Program-made: the position numbers and the translations under genes | In this document: positions 37,766-45,812 of the stretch, piece after piece | How the letters are laid out: each line of letters begins with the position of its first letter | Position numbering within the stretch: the first letter of the stretch is position 1 | Notes under the pieces: model-generated | Seen by the model: the letters and a program-made list of their open reading frames with translations, nothing else | Told to the model about the DNA's origin: nothing | Databases searched by the model: none | Assembly: GCA_964425765.1 (NCBI GenBank) | Contig: CAYRNZ010000009.1 | Location: 4,675-68,674, forward strand | Reading direction: 5' to 3' | From: an uncultured Synergistaceae bacterium | GTDB lineage: Bacteria > Synergistota > Synergistia > Synergistales > 79-D21 | DNA length: 64,000 bases

Positions 37766-37833
37766 ACGTATCACCCCCTTGCCTTTCGTTTCGAAAATGC
37801 AATCCACATTACACAAGATTCTTTACCTTGGGT

Positions 37834-37863
37834 ATTCTACGGTGCAACGGAATATTGTGTCAA
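37834..37863 (-). promoter_or_regulatory. candidate sigma-70-type promoter of the V-ATPase operon (TTGACA-18 nt-TAGAAT)
   Basis: On the minus strand, TTGACA lies at 37863-37858 and TAGAAT at 37839-37834, ~70 nt upstream of the first ATPase gene start. Confidence 0.6.
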
Positions 37864-37871
37864 TTGTCACA
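37856..37871. promoter_or_regulatory. CRP/FNR-family-like palindrome TGTGA-CAATTG-ACACA overlapping the -35 element
   Basis: The plus strand reads TGTGTCAATTGTCACA. It differs from a perfect 16-bp palindrome only at one symmetric position pair and matches TGTGA-N6-TCACA in 9 of 10 half-site positions. Confidence 0.4.
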
Positions 37872-37935
37872 ATCCAAGGTATAAATTAGACTCGGGCGTA
37901 AGTCAATCGGCTTTCCCTAAGCCCGGAATAAATAA

Positions 37936-37962
37936 AGGAGGCCCTTTCGGCCTCCTCTTTTT
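37936..37962 (-). terminator. intrinsic terminator after tRNA-Gly (hairpin usable in both directions)
   Basis: GGAGGCC-CTTTC-GGCCTCC is flanked by TTTATTTATT on the minus-strand RNA and CTTTTT on the plus strand. Confidence 0.75.
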
Positions 37963-37967
37963 CCCTT

Positions 37968-38043
37968 TGGAGCGGACAACGGGATTCGAACCCGCGACCC
38001 TCGGCTTGGGAAGCCGATGCTCTACCAGCTGAGCTATGTCCGC
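37968..38043 (-). tRNA. tRNA-Gly (anticodon CCC), CCA encoded
   Basis: The minus strand reads GCGGACATAGCTCAGCTGGTAGAGCATCGGCTTCCCAAGCCGAGGGTCGCGGGTTCGAATCCCGTTGTCCGCTCCA. It folds as a cloverleaf with a 7-bp acceptor stem and anticodon loop TTCCCAA. Confidence 0.93.
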
Positions 38044-38056
38044 ATCTGCGGTGGTT

Positions 38057-38085
38057 ATTATATCGGGGTGCTCGAGCTTTGGCAA
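38057..38085 (-). promoter_or_regulatory. candidate promoter of tRNA-Gly (TTGCCA-17 nt-TATAAT)
   Basis: On the minus strand, TTGCCA lies at 38085-38080 and TATAAT at 38062-38057, 13 nt upstream of the tRNA 5' end. Confidence 0.65.
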
Positions 38086-38268
38086 GGCGATTTTTCGGAC
38101 TTCCACCCCTACTTCTTTTACGGTAATATAGAACCTGTTTCATTTCCGACAAAGAGTTAATAGTTTTAATACAATGGGCGCCAGATCCCCTAGTGCACTT
38201 TTTCGTTCAACTCCAAGATATCTTGCATTCCTTGACGAAAGCATTTACTATATAATAACGTTTTTATA

Positions 38269-38700
38269 TTGGGGGAATCCGGCGTGTGGACTCTGGACGA
38301 AGGCATCACGCGGTTGAAGGAAGCGGGCACAAAGATAACGGCACAAAGGATCGCTATCCTCAAGAAACTGGAAGGACGATTGGATCACCCGTCGGCGGAG
38401 CAGATCTACCAGGAACTGAAACGCGACTTTCCGACGATCTCTTTTGCCACGATATATAGCACTGCTCAGTTGCTTGCCGAGAAAAAACTCATTCAGATCC
38501 TGACTATCGACGACAAACGGGTCAATTACGACCCGAACCCTGGTCCTCATGGGCACTTCAGGTGCACGGCCTGCGGGCATATAGAGGATATTCCCATAAC
38601 GGAATCCATGGTCGAAACGCTGAAGATGGGGCAGGATTCCGTGGTGTCCAGCATACAGCTTTACATGTACGGGCTCTGCCCCAGTTGCAACGTCAGGTAG
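38269..38700 (+). CDS. Fur-family transcriptional regulator, PerR-like
   Basis: Winged-helix N-domain (KITAQRIAILKKL...HPSAEQIY), two CxxC pairs (CTACG, CPSC), and H/D/H/H/D residues at the PerR regulatory-site positions. The ORF-track start is TTG 38269; GTG 38284 with a GGGGGA SD is equally likely. Confidence 0.85.
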   Translation: MGESGVWTLDEGITRLKEAGTKITAQRIAILKKLEGRLDHPSAEQIYQELKRDFPTISFATIYSTAQLLAEKKLIQILTIDDKRVNYDPNPGPHGHFRCTACGHIEDIPITESMVETLKMGQDSVVSSIQLYMYGLCPSCNVR

Positions 38701-38714
38701 GCAAACAGGACGAG

Positions 38715-39020
38715 ATGCTGTTCTTCCTCCCTGCTGGTTTTTGTCTTGTTGCGGCAATTGCCTTGGGTCTATATGCCGGTCGTTCGGCGAACCTGCGGGT
38801 TCGCCGGTTTTTTTGGATCTTCCTGGCCTCGGGGCTTGTTTTCTCTGCTATCGCCCTCGGCTTGGCGGGAAAATGGTGGCTCTCCCTAGGCCCGTTGATC
38901 CCTTTGACGATCCTTTTCCTCCTTCGGCTCCGATTTCCCTTCCTTTTCGGCCATCCCGAAAAAGTCGCCGATCACACCGAGGAAAACCAGGAAGTCAAGG
39001 GTGGGAAAGAACCGCTATAA
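38715..39020 (+). CDS. hypothetical small membrane protein (about 3 TM helices)
   Basis: ATG at 38715 lies just after the regulator stop. It encodes MLFFLPAGFCLVAAIALGLYAG...FFWIFLASGLVFSAIALGLAG...LGPLIPLTILFLLRL..., a clean hydrophobic-helix pattern. The overlapping alternative frame is Pro/Arg/Ser-rich junk. Confidence 0.5.
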   Translation: MLFFLPAGFCLVAAIALGLYAGRSANLRVRRFFWIFLASGLVFSAIALGLAGKWWLSLGPLIPLTILFLLRLRFPFLFGHPEKVADHTEENQEVKGGKEPL

Positions 39021-39028
39021 TCGAGCTC

Positions 39029-40177
39029 ATGGAAAATCCCATTTTTGAAAACCCGAATACCAATTCGAAACCGTACGGCTTCATATGGAGCCGCCGTTTT
39101 TTGAAATCCCTTTTCCTTGCCGGGCTGCTGGGTTGCATTTTCGCCCTGCCCGGTTTCGGGGAACCGGAACAGGATCCCCACCTTTACTCCATTGAAATCC
39201 CGTTCCAGGTGGGAGGCGAAGTGAAGGCAATCCTACCTGACCTTTCCGCACAACCCCTTGGAGCCGTTCTCATGCTCCCCGAAAAATCTAAGTGGCCTGC
39301 CTACACCGCGAGCAAGTGGGGGACTCCAGGGACCGTCGCCGCTTCCGCGGTCAACGCTATCCACCTGCTTGTCGGTATCGACAGGGGGCGGGGGAGGACC
39401 CTGAGCATTCTGCCGGCAGACACGATCGCCCCGGCAGCAGGGCCCGACAGCAGCATCGTGATAGAAGGCAAAGGGGGCCATGGGCTTTTCGGAGGCTGGG
39501 CGCCGCCGGTCGGGGCCCCTGTCACGCTCGTTGGGCCGGACGGGAAAGAAATCCCTTTCACGGGGCCCGACCTCCCGCGCGAAGGAGACGTCCTGAGAAT
39601 CAACGTAACGCGGATGAGCGCGCCTTACATGATCGAGATAGAGAACCGCCCTGGCGGCAGGGTTTTCTCCTGGTCCAGAGCCCCCGGGCAGACGGGAATT
39701 ATCGCCCGTGTCCTGCGCCCCGTCCGAGGTGTAGGCCGCTTCGAGGGAACACTTTACCAGTCGGTCGGCAGGCTCAGGGCCAATCATCCCGGAGTGGTAG
39801 ACATCAGCACTTCGCCCGAAGGGGCCATCGGGGGTTTCCAGATCATCCCCTTCGCCCATTCCAAGTCTTCCGAGATGAGCGGAGCCTGGGCCATGACGCA
39901 ATGGCTCATAGTCGATTCGCCTGACGGGAAGAAATCGCTTGCGGGACAGCCTCCGCTTTTTGGGGGAGCCCTGGTGCCAGGACCCAGCGAAACCGAACGC
40001 CTTTGGGACATCTGGTCGACCTACGGCCGTAAACCCCTCGTGTTGTGCCGGATCGACGGCGGCCCCTGGTCGAGGCTTCCCGAAGCGACGGGCCGCCAGG
40101 ACAGTGCACTGGAGCACATTACCCACTTCAGGATTTATTTCCCCATCGTGGAAGAACCCAACCTGGTTTCCCCCTGA
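39029..40177 (+). CDS. hypothetical exported protein, possible lipoprotein, no family recognised
   Basis: ATG at 39029 lies 8 nt after the previous stop. The N-terminus has a basic stretch, a hydrophobic core and LLGC (lipobox-like). Composition is balanced and Gly/Pro-rich, beta-type. The antisense 315-aa ORF is Arg/Gly/Pro-rich and was rejected. Confidence 0.6.
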   Translation: MENPIFENPNTNSKPYGFIWSRRFLKSLFLAGLLGCIFALPGFGEPEQDPHLYSIEIPFQVGGEVKAILPDLSAQPLGAVLMLPEKSKWPAYTASKWGTPGTVAASAVNAIHLLVGIDRGRGRTLSILPADTIAPAAGPDSSIVIEGKGGHGLFGGWAPPVGAPVTLVGPDGKEIPFTGPDLPREGDVLRINVTRMSAPYMIEIENRPGGRVFSWSRAPGQTGIIARVLRPVRGVGRFEGTLYQSVGRLRANHPGVVDISTSPEGAIGGFQIIPFAHSKSSEMSGAWAMTQWLIVDSPDGKKSLAGQPPLFGGALVPGPSETERLWDIWSTYGRKPLVLCRIDGGPWSRLPEATGRQDSALEHITHFRIYFPIVEEPNLVSP

Positions 40178-40195
40178 CAATGGTTTCGCGCTTTT

Positions 40196-40236
40196 CAGGA
40201 CAAGAAGAGGCCCGCGAAGGGCCTCTTCTTGTCCTG
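40196..40236. terminator. 18-bp perfect GC-rich hairpin between convergent genes (terminator-like, no U-tract)
   Basis: CAGGACAAGAAGAGGCCC-GCGAA-GGGCCTCTTCTTGTCCTG lies between the stop of the plus-strand ORF (40177) and the glmS stop (40252). Confidence 0.55.
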
Positions 40237-40251
40237 AGGAGATGAAGGGCT

Positions 40252-42078
40252 CTATTCAACCGTAACGCTTTTCGCCAGGTTCCTCGGCTGGTCGATCTCG
40301 CAACCCCTGATTCTCGCCATATGGTAGGCGAAGAGCTGGAGCGGGACGACGGTCAGGAAAGGAGTCAGGTCTTCATCGGTCCACGGTACCCTGATGACGG
40401 AAACTGCGTGTTTGGAAATCAGCTCGTCCCCATCCGTGGCCAGTGCAAGAATGGGAGAACGCCTTGCCTTCGCCTCCTGGATGTTCGACAGGGTTTTCTC
40501 GTAAAGCCCGTCCCTGGGGATGATCGTCATCACCGGGACGCCAGGTTCCAGCAACGCGATGGGGCCATGCTTCATTTCGCCTGCAGCGTAGGCTTCCGCA
40601 TGAACATAGGAAATCTCCTTCAGCTTCAGGGCCCCTTCCAGGGCAACAGGGAAGGATATCCCCCTTCCCAGGAAAAGGAAATCCTTCCTGTCCGCGAACT
40701 CGCCTGCCAGTTCCCTGATGCCTTCTTCCCTTTCGAGGGTCACCTCCACCTTGTAAGGAAGGCGAAGCAATTCCTCTAGGAGCCGGTTCTCTTCGGCCGC
40801 CGATAGAGTTTCCCGTATCCTGCCCAGATAAAGCGCCAGAAGGTAGAGGGCCGCCATCTGTCCCATGAAGGTTTTCGTAGCCGCCACGCCTATCTCCGGC
40901 CCCGCCTTCAGGAGGAGCACGTCGTGCACCTCTCGGGCCAGGGTGGAACCCCTTACATTGGTCACAGCGAGGCAATGGGCGCCCTGGGTCCTGGCCAGGC
41001 GCTGGGCCGCCAGGGTATCCGCCGTCTCCCCCGACTGGGAGACGAAAACAGCCAGCGTCTCGGCATCGGCCCTGGAGTGTCGATAACGGTATTCGGAGGC
41101 AATGTCTACCTTCACTTCCAGGTCAGTCCACTTTTCCAGAACTCTTTCGGCCACCAATGCGGCGTAATAGGAAGTGCCGCAAGCCACGATATGCAGTTTC
41201 TTCCACGAGCGCACAAGGCCCGTGTCCCAGCCGAGTTCCGTCGAAAGGTCCACCCTTCCGTTCTCGACTCGCCCTTTGAGGGTCGTTCGCAACACCGCTC
41301 CCTGTTCGTGGATTTCCTTAAGCATGTAGTGAGGATACGCCGCCTTTTCCGTCATGGACACATCCCAGTCGATGACGGAAACCGGTTTTTCGACCGGGGA
41401 ACCCCCGTGGTCCCACACTTGGAGCTTCCCCATGGATACCGCTGCAATTTCTCCTTCTTCCAGGTAGACGACCTGGCGGGTGTACGGCAGGAGAGCAGGA
41501 ACATCCGAAGCGCAGAAGCCCTCCCCTTCCCCGACCCCTAGGACAAGGGGGGATCCCTTTCTGAGGCAGTAGAAAGTATCCTCGATCTCCCGGTTCATGA
41601 TCGCCAGCGCATAGGAGCCCCTCAGTTTTCCCACCATCTTTAAGAGCGCGTCCAGCATGTCTCCCCTGTAGATCCTCGCTAAAAGCTGGACTATGACCTC
41701 CGTATCCGTTTCGGAGCAGAACGTGACTCCGGCAGCTTCCAGTTCCTCCCTGAGATCGACGTAATTCTCGATGATCCCGTTGTGCACGAGGACGAAGTTG
41801 CCGCAATCGTCACAGTGCGGGTGTGCATTGTCGATCGACACGCCCCCATGGGTGGCCCAACGCGTATGCCCGATTCCCTGGCAGCCTCTCAGCCCTTTTT
41901 CCAGGGCAAGGCGTTCCAGGTCCGCGACCTTTCCTACCTCCTTTATCACGACTAGTTTCCCATCGCTTCTTACCGCCATTCCAGCGGAGTCATATCCCCT
42001 GTACTCGAGCCGCTTCAGCCCTTCCAGGAGGACGTCCGGCGCGTTTCTGAATCCCACATAGCCGACGATTCCACACAT
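40252..42078 (-). CDS. glmS: glutamine--fructose-6-phosphate aminotransferase GlmS
   Basis: MCGIVGYVG has the N-terminal nucleophile Cys. Two SIS domains and the C-terminal ...NLAKSVTVE are present. Confidence 0.97.
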   Translation of the reverse strand: MCGIVGYVGFRNAPDVLLEGLKRLEYRGYDSAGMAVRSDGKLVVIKEVGKVADLERLALEKGLRGCQGIGHTRWATHGGVSIDNAHPHCDDCGNFVLVHNGIIENYVDLREELEAAGVTFCSETDTEVIVQLLARIYRGDMLDALLKMVGKLRGSYALAIMNREIEDTFYCLRKGSPLVLGVGEGEGFCASDVPALLPYTRQVVYLEEGEIAAVSMGKLQVWDHGGSPVEKPVSVIDWDVSMTEKAAYPHYMLKEIHEQGAVLRTTLKGRVENGRVDLSTELGWDTGLVRSWKKLHIVACGTSYYAALVAERVLEKWTDLEVKVDIASEYRYRHSRADAETLAVFVSQSGETADTLAAQRLARTQGAHCLAVTNVRGSTLAREVHDVLLLKAGPEIGVAATKTFMGQMAALYLLALYLGRIRETLSAAEENRLLEELLRLPYKVEVTLEREEGIRELAGEFADRKDFLFLGRGISFPVALEGALKLKEISYVHAEAYAAGEMKHGPIALLEPGVPVMTIIPRDGLYEKTLSNIQEAKARRSPILALATDGDELISKHAVSVIRVPWTDEDLTPFLTVVPLQLFAYHMARIRGCEIDQPRNLAKSVTVE

Positions 42079-42104
42079 TTTCGTTCATTCTCCCCTTTGA
42101 CTTT

Positions 42105-42255
42105 GCAACGAGAGACCCGGCTTTTGTCCCGGGAATCGCTCCCCGGATTTGTAGCCGGGCTTTTTCGGGCCACTCTCGTTCCGGCCCCGGGGGTACCCGC
42201 CGAATTTTCGATTGCCCCCGTCCTCGTCGACTGGCTCGCCAGTCCAGGCGCTTGC
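42105..42255 (-). ncRNA. glmS ribozyme (GlcN6P-responsive cis-regulatory RNA) in the glmS leader
   Basis: The minus strand reads A-GCGCC-TGGACTGGCGAGCCAGTC-GACGAGGA-CGGGGGCA-ATCGAA-AA-TTCGGCGG-GTACCCCC.... These are the conserved core blocks of the glmS ribozyme: cleavage-site AGCGCC, GACGAGGA, AUCGAA and UUCGGCGG. A closing helix AACGAGAG...CTCTCGTT follows, then the SD and ATG. Confidence 0.8.
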
Positions 42256-42277
42256 CCCATCCGCTTGGTTTCTTCCC

Positions 42278-43189
42278 TTACCCTCCTATGCACCCCTCCC
42301 TCCGAACGATGTCGAGGACGAATTCCTTTAACTCCGGGTCCCTGAGGGCCATTTTGACCGTTGCCCTAAGCCAGTCGACCTTGGTTCCGCAATCCAGTCG
42401 CTCTCCCTGGTAAAGAAGTCCGAAAACCGGCTCCTCGGCCAAAAGTCCCTTGAGTGCGTCCGTGAGCTGAATTTCGCCGTTTACCCCAGCATCCGCCGAA
42501 TGAAGGTGACGGAATATCGAACTGCTCAGGAGATACCTGCCGATGATCGCCAAGCGGCTGGGGGCTTTCCCCGGCGAGGGCTTTTCAACCAGGTCGGTAA
42601 TCCTGAAAAGACCGTTTCCGAGGTCCTGCCCTTCAACGATGCCATACCTTGAGGTTTCCTCCCAGGAAACCTCCTCGAGCGCGAGGACGGAACCACCACG
42701 TTCCGAATGTACCTCGGCAAGTTGTCCCAGGACCGGTTTCTCCGACAGGATCACGTCGTCAGGAAGAATCAGCCCGAAATGGGAATCGTCCAAGCAGGGT
42801 TCTCCGCAGAGAACCGCGTGTCCGAGACCCAACGGTTCCGATTGCCGCACATAGACAAAATTTGCGATTTCGGAAATCCGGACGAGGTTATCCCTGAGTT
42901 CGCATTGTCCTCTCTGTTCCAACAATTGCTCCAGCTCGATCGAGCGGTCGAAATAGTCCTCGATGGAGCGTTTGCTCCTCCCGGTCACGAATACGATGTC
43001 CCTGCATCCCGACAACACCGCTTCTTCGACACCGTAATGGATAATCGGCCTGTCGATCAGCGGCAGCATCTCCTTCGGTATGTCCTTCGTGGCGGGCAAA
43101 AACCTCGTACCCAGCCCCGCTACCGGGAAAAGGCACTTGTGAAGCGGGCCTTTCCGTATCAGCCCTGCCGCCCCCCCTCCGGAAAACAA
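42278..43189 (-). CDS. galU: UTP--glucose-1-phosphate uridylyltransferase GalU
   Basis: Carries FPVAGLGTRFLPATKDIPKEMLPLIDRPIIHYGVEEA. The start at 43189 is TTG and overlaps the glmM end, so it is uncertain. Confidence 0.88.
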   Translation of the reverse strand: MFSGGGAAGLIRKGPLHKCLFPVAGLGTRFLPATKDIPKEMLPLIDRPIIHYGVEEAVLSGCRDIVFVTGRSKRSIEDYFDRSIELEQLLEQRGQCELRDNLVRISEIANFVYVRQSEPLGLGHAVLCGEPCLDDSHFGLILPDDVILSEKPVLGQLAEVHSERGGSVLALEEVSWEETSRYGIVEGQDLGNGLFRITDLVEKPSPGKAPSRLAIIGRYLLSSSIFRHLHSADAGVNGEIQLTDALKGLLAEEPVFGLLYQGERLDCGTKVDWLRATVKMALRDPELKEFVLDIVRREGCIGG

Positions 43190-44553
43190 CCTGCACCGAC
43201 AGCCTTGATCGTGTCCAGGATCTGTTCGGAAACCTCGAAAAGGGCAGATTCGTCCCGGGCTTCAACGAGAACCCTCACGAGAGGCTCGGTTCCCGACATC
43301 CTCACGAAAACCCTCCCCTGGAGTCCCAGCCGCTCCTCCCCGTCCTTGATGGCCTTTTTGACGGTCTCATTCTCGAGGAGTCCTGCTTTCGTCTCCACCC
43401 GCAAGTTCTTGAGCACCTGAGGGAACCTGCCGAAACGGTCTACCAGGGTGTCCAGGTCTTCACCAAGCTCTTCGCAGCCCTTGAGGAAGTTCAACGCCGT
43501 GCAGAGCCCGTCGCCCGTGTGGACATGCTGGTGAAGGATGATGTGTCCGGATTGTTCCCCTCCCAGCCTTGAATTGCTTTTCTTCATGCCGTCCAGAACG
43601 TAACGGTCCCCGACGGGACAGCGGGTCAGAGTAATGTCGCATTCGCGGAGTCTTTCCTCCAGGGCCAGGTTACTCATCACGGTTGAAACGACGCACGATC
43701 CGAGAGTCCCTTTTTCCTGCAGCCAGCGTGCTAGGACCCAAAGCATGATGTCCCCGTCCAGGACCCTTCCTTTCGAGTCCGCAAGGAGGACGCGGTCCGC
43801 ATCGCCGTCAAGGGCAATCCCGAACCGGGCTTCGTTTGACGTGATCGCCGATGCCAGGTGAGGCATGTGCATGACCCCGACGCCTTCGTTGATGTTAAGG
43901 CCGTCGGGGCAATTCCCTATAGACCGGACATCCAGTCCCGATTCGGAGAAGATCTCGCCGGCGATCGAGCTGGCTGCTCCGTGAGCACTGTCTACAACGG
44001 CTACGCTCCCGGGAAAGAGGGTTCTCCCGAAAAGCCCTTTCAGCCACTCGGAATACTGTTTCAGGGCTTCGCCTGATTGCCGGACGACCCCGATGGAAGC
44101 CCCTGACGGGCGCCATTCGTCCATCAGGGGATCCCCCAGATATTCTTCGATCGTCGCTTCGTCATCATCGCTCAGCTTATAGCCTTTGGAATCAAGGAAT
44201 TTGATCCCGTTGTATTCCGCGGGGTTGTGTGACGCGCTGATCACGGCTCCCCCATGAATCCCGGCCTGCCGTACCGTAAAACTGACCCCCGGCGTAGGGA
44301 TCACTCCGAGCGAAAGCACGTCTGCTCCCGCCGAAGTCAACCCGGCGGACAGCGCCGACTCGAGCATATGTCCGGAACGGCGGGTATCCCGGCCAACGGC
44401 GACAGTCGGGCGGGGAATTCCTCTTTCCGTCATGAAAAGCACGAATGCCCTCCCCAGGCTCAAGGCCATCTCGGGTGTCATCAAGCCGCGGTTCGCGACG
44501 TCCCTCACTCCGTCCGTTCCGAAAAGGCAGCGAATCTTGCTTGTCTCGGCCAT
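43159..44553 (-). CDS. glmM: phosphoglucosamine mutase GlmM
   Basis: Active-site ISASHNPAEYNGIK, FGTDGVRD and GEQSGH motifs. Confidence 0.95.
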   Translation of the reverse strand: MAETSKIRCLFGTDGVRDVANRGLMTPEMALSLGRAFVLFMTERGIPRPTVAVGRDTRRSGHMLESALSAGLTSAGADVLSLGVIPTPGVSFTVRQAGIHGGAVISASHNPAEYNGIKFLDSKGYKLSDDDEATIEEYLGDPLMDEWRPSGASIGVVRQSGEALKQYSEWLKGLFGRTLFPGSVAVVDSAHGAASSIAGEIFSESGLDVRSIGNCPDGLNINEGVGVMHMPHLASAITSNEARFGIALDGDADRVLLADSKGRVLDGDIMLWVLARWLQEKGTLGSCVVSTVMSNLALEERLRECDITLTRCPVGDRYVLDGMKKSNSRLGGEQSGHIILHQHVHTGDGLCTALNFLKGCEELGEDLDTLVDRFGRFPQVLKNLRVETKAGLLENETVKKAIKDGEERLGLQGRVFVRMSGTEPLVRVLVEARDESALFEVSEQILDTIKAVGAGCFPEGGRQG

Positions 44554-44579
44554 TTCCCTTCACCTCGTCCTCTTCTCTC

Positions 44580-45812
44580 CTAGGGATTCATCGCGTGCAA
44601 GGTCACCCTCTCGGGTTCCACTTTGAGGATGCGGATTTCCTTCGAGTTTACCCGAATTTGAACGGGAACCGAGATTTTCTTCGAAACAAGGTTCGTCACG
44701 TCGACAAAGATTTCGACAGGGATGTCCTCGAGCTCGGGGAGGATTTCTCCGCCCGCCGCAGGTACCACCTGGACGCTGACCGTCGAAGGAACCGACTTCC
44801 AGGAAGGATAGACGCTTTTGCCTTCGACCTTGACCGGAAGCTTTAGCCGCATAACCCCGGTCCCGTTGTCGACGGGACGGACCACGAGAGAGACTTTCAC
44901 TTTTCCGGAGCCGACTTGTCTCACCTGCCCCAGGGGAAGGATCGGTTCCACCTCGAACGTTTTGTCCTCCGCCAGTCCGGAAACGTCAATCGGGGGTATC
45001 TCAAGGTTGTCTAGTGCATCCAGGATCGATTTTGCCCCCAATAGCTCAACAGCCGGGGGAATGACGACCGTCTCTTCTATCCGGTACCCGAACTCGGGAG
45101 CACCCGAGAGGGACACGACGACGGGGACGGTCTTCCGTGTCACGTCCTTGACCATGGATGCCTGCAGCTTTATTTCCTTGGGGTAAAAGTCGACCCCGGA
45201 CGGCGAACCAGCCCCTTTACCGGTCTTCAGCCTGACCTCCACGGAAACTTCCCCGCCTTCGAGGACCTGTCCCGGAACAACACTGACCACGGCTTCCGTG
45301 ATGTCCTGGAGCACATTTTCCGGCCCCCTGACTGTGACTTCGGAAGGCGTCAGGACGAGTTTATCCACCAGCGTCCCCTCCGGGAATTCCCCTGTCCAGG
45401 CAATTCGTACAGGCAGGACTTTCTCGATAAGGCGAACGAGCTCAACCGTGACGATGTCGGGGACAACCGCGACCAGCCTGACCCCGGGGGGAAGCAGCAC
45501 CCGTAACGGGAGACGGTATTTACCGCTTTCCAAACCCTTCAGGTCCACTTCGCAGGCAAGTTTCCCGAGTTCCAGCCCCTCGAACAGCCTCCTGCTGGCC
45601 GAAACCCGCACCAGCGCGTCACTGGCGCTATGGCTTACGGAAAAACCAGGAGAAACATTGCGATAATCGACCTTCACCCGCAGGCTCTTGCCGACTTCGA
45701 TGCCCTGGTCTCCCGCAACATAGAACCAAACCAGCAAGGCAATACCAAGCGCAACGACCCGTAGAAGGAGCCTCGAGGAAAGAAGGGTGTCCAGGCGTTT
45801 AAATGCCATCAT
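44580..45812 (-). CDS. cdaR: YbbR-domain protein CdaR (regulator of diadenylate cyclase CdaA)
   Basis: An N-terminal TM helix followed by repeated YbbR-like beta domains. It lies between cdaA and glmM as in the conserved cdaA-cdaR-glmM operon. Confidence 0.8.
   Translation of the reverse strand: MMAFKRLDTLLSSRLLLRVVALGIALLVWFYVAGDQGIEVGKSLRVKVDYRNVSPGFSVSHSASDALVRVSASRRLFEGLELGKLACEVDLKGLESGKYRLPLRVLLPPGVRLVAVVPDIVTVELVRLIEKVLPVRIAWTGEFPEGTLVDKLVLTPSEVTVRGPENVLQDITEAVVSVVPGQVLEGGEVSVEVRLKTGKGAGSPSGVDFYPKEIKLQASMVKDVTRKTVPVVVSLSGAPEFGYRIEETVVIPPAVELLGAKSILDALDNLEIPPIDVSGLAEDKTFEVEPILPLGQVRQVGSGKVKVSLVVRPVDNGTGVMRLKLPVKVEGKSVYPSWKSVPSTVSVQVVPAAGGEILPELEDIPVEIFVDVTNLVSKKISVPVQIRVNSKEIRILKVEPERVTLHAMNP

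Noticed and set aside
37886-38152. 88-aa and 67-aa ORFs covering the tRNA-Gly locus
   Set aside because: They are read straight through a canonical tRNA cloverleaf and its promoter, so they are not coding.
38223-38270. Sigma-70 promoter for the Fur-family gene (TTGACG ... TATAAT)
   Set aside because: TTGACG (38232-38237) and TATAAT (38251-38256) are only 13 nt apart, and alternative pairings give 22 nt. A promoter is likely in this AT-rich stretch, but I cannot place it confidently.
38741-39028. N-terminal extension of the 478-aa plus-strand ORF
   Set aside because: The extension (CCGNCLGSICRSFGEPAGSP...PRPVDPFDDPFPP) is low-complexity. It overlaps a frame that encodes clean TM helices. ATG 39029 follows the stop of that frame by 8 nt.
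39233-40180. 315-aa minus-strand ORF opposite the orphan exported-protein gene
   Set aside because: Its composition is Arg/Gly/Pro-rich with no start context. The plus-strand frame has a signal/lipobox-like N-terminus and balanced composition, and follows the regulator and membrane gene with short spacers.
37968-40236. tRNA-Gly-adjacent opposite-strand genes as an integrated mobile or genomic island
   Set aside because: I saw no integrase, recombinase or transposase, no repeat of the tRNA 3' end as an att site, and no obvious compositional shift by eye.
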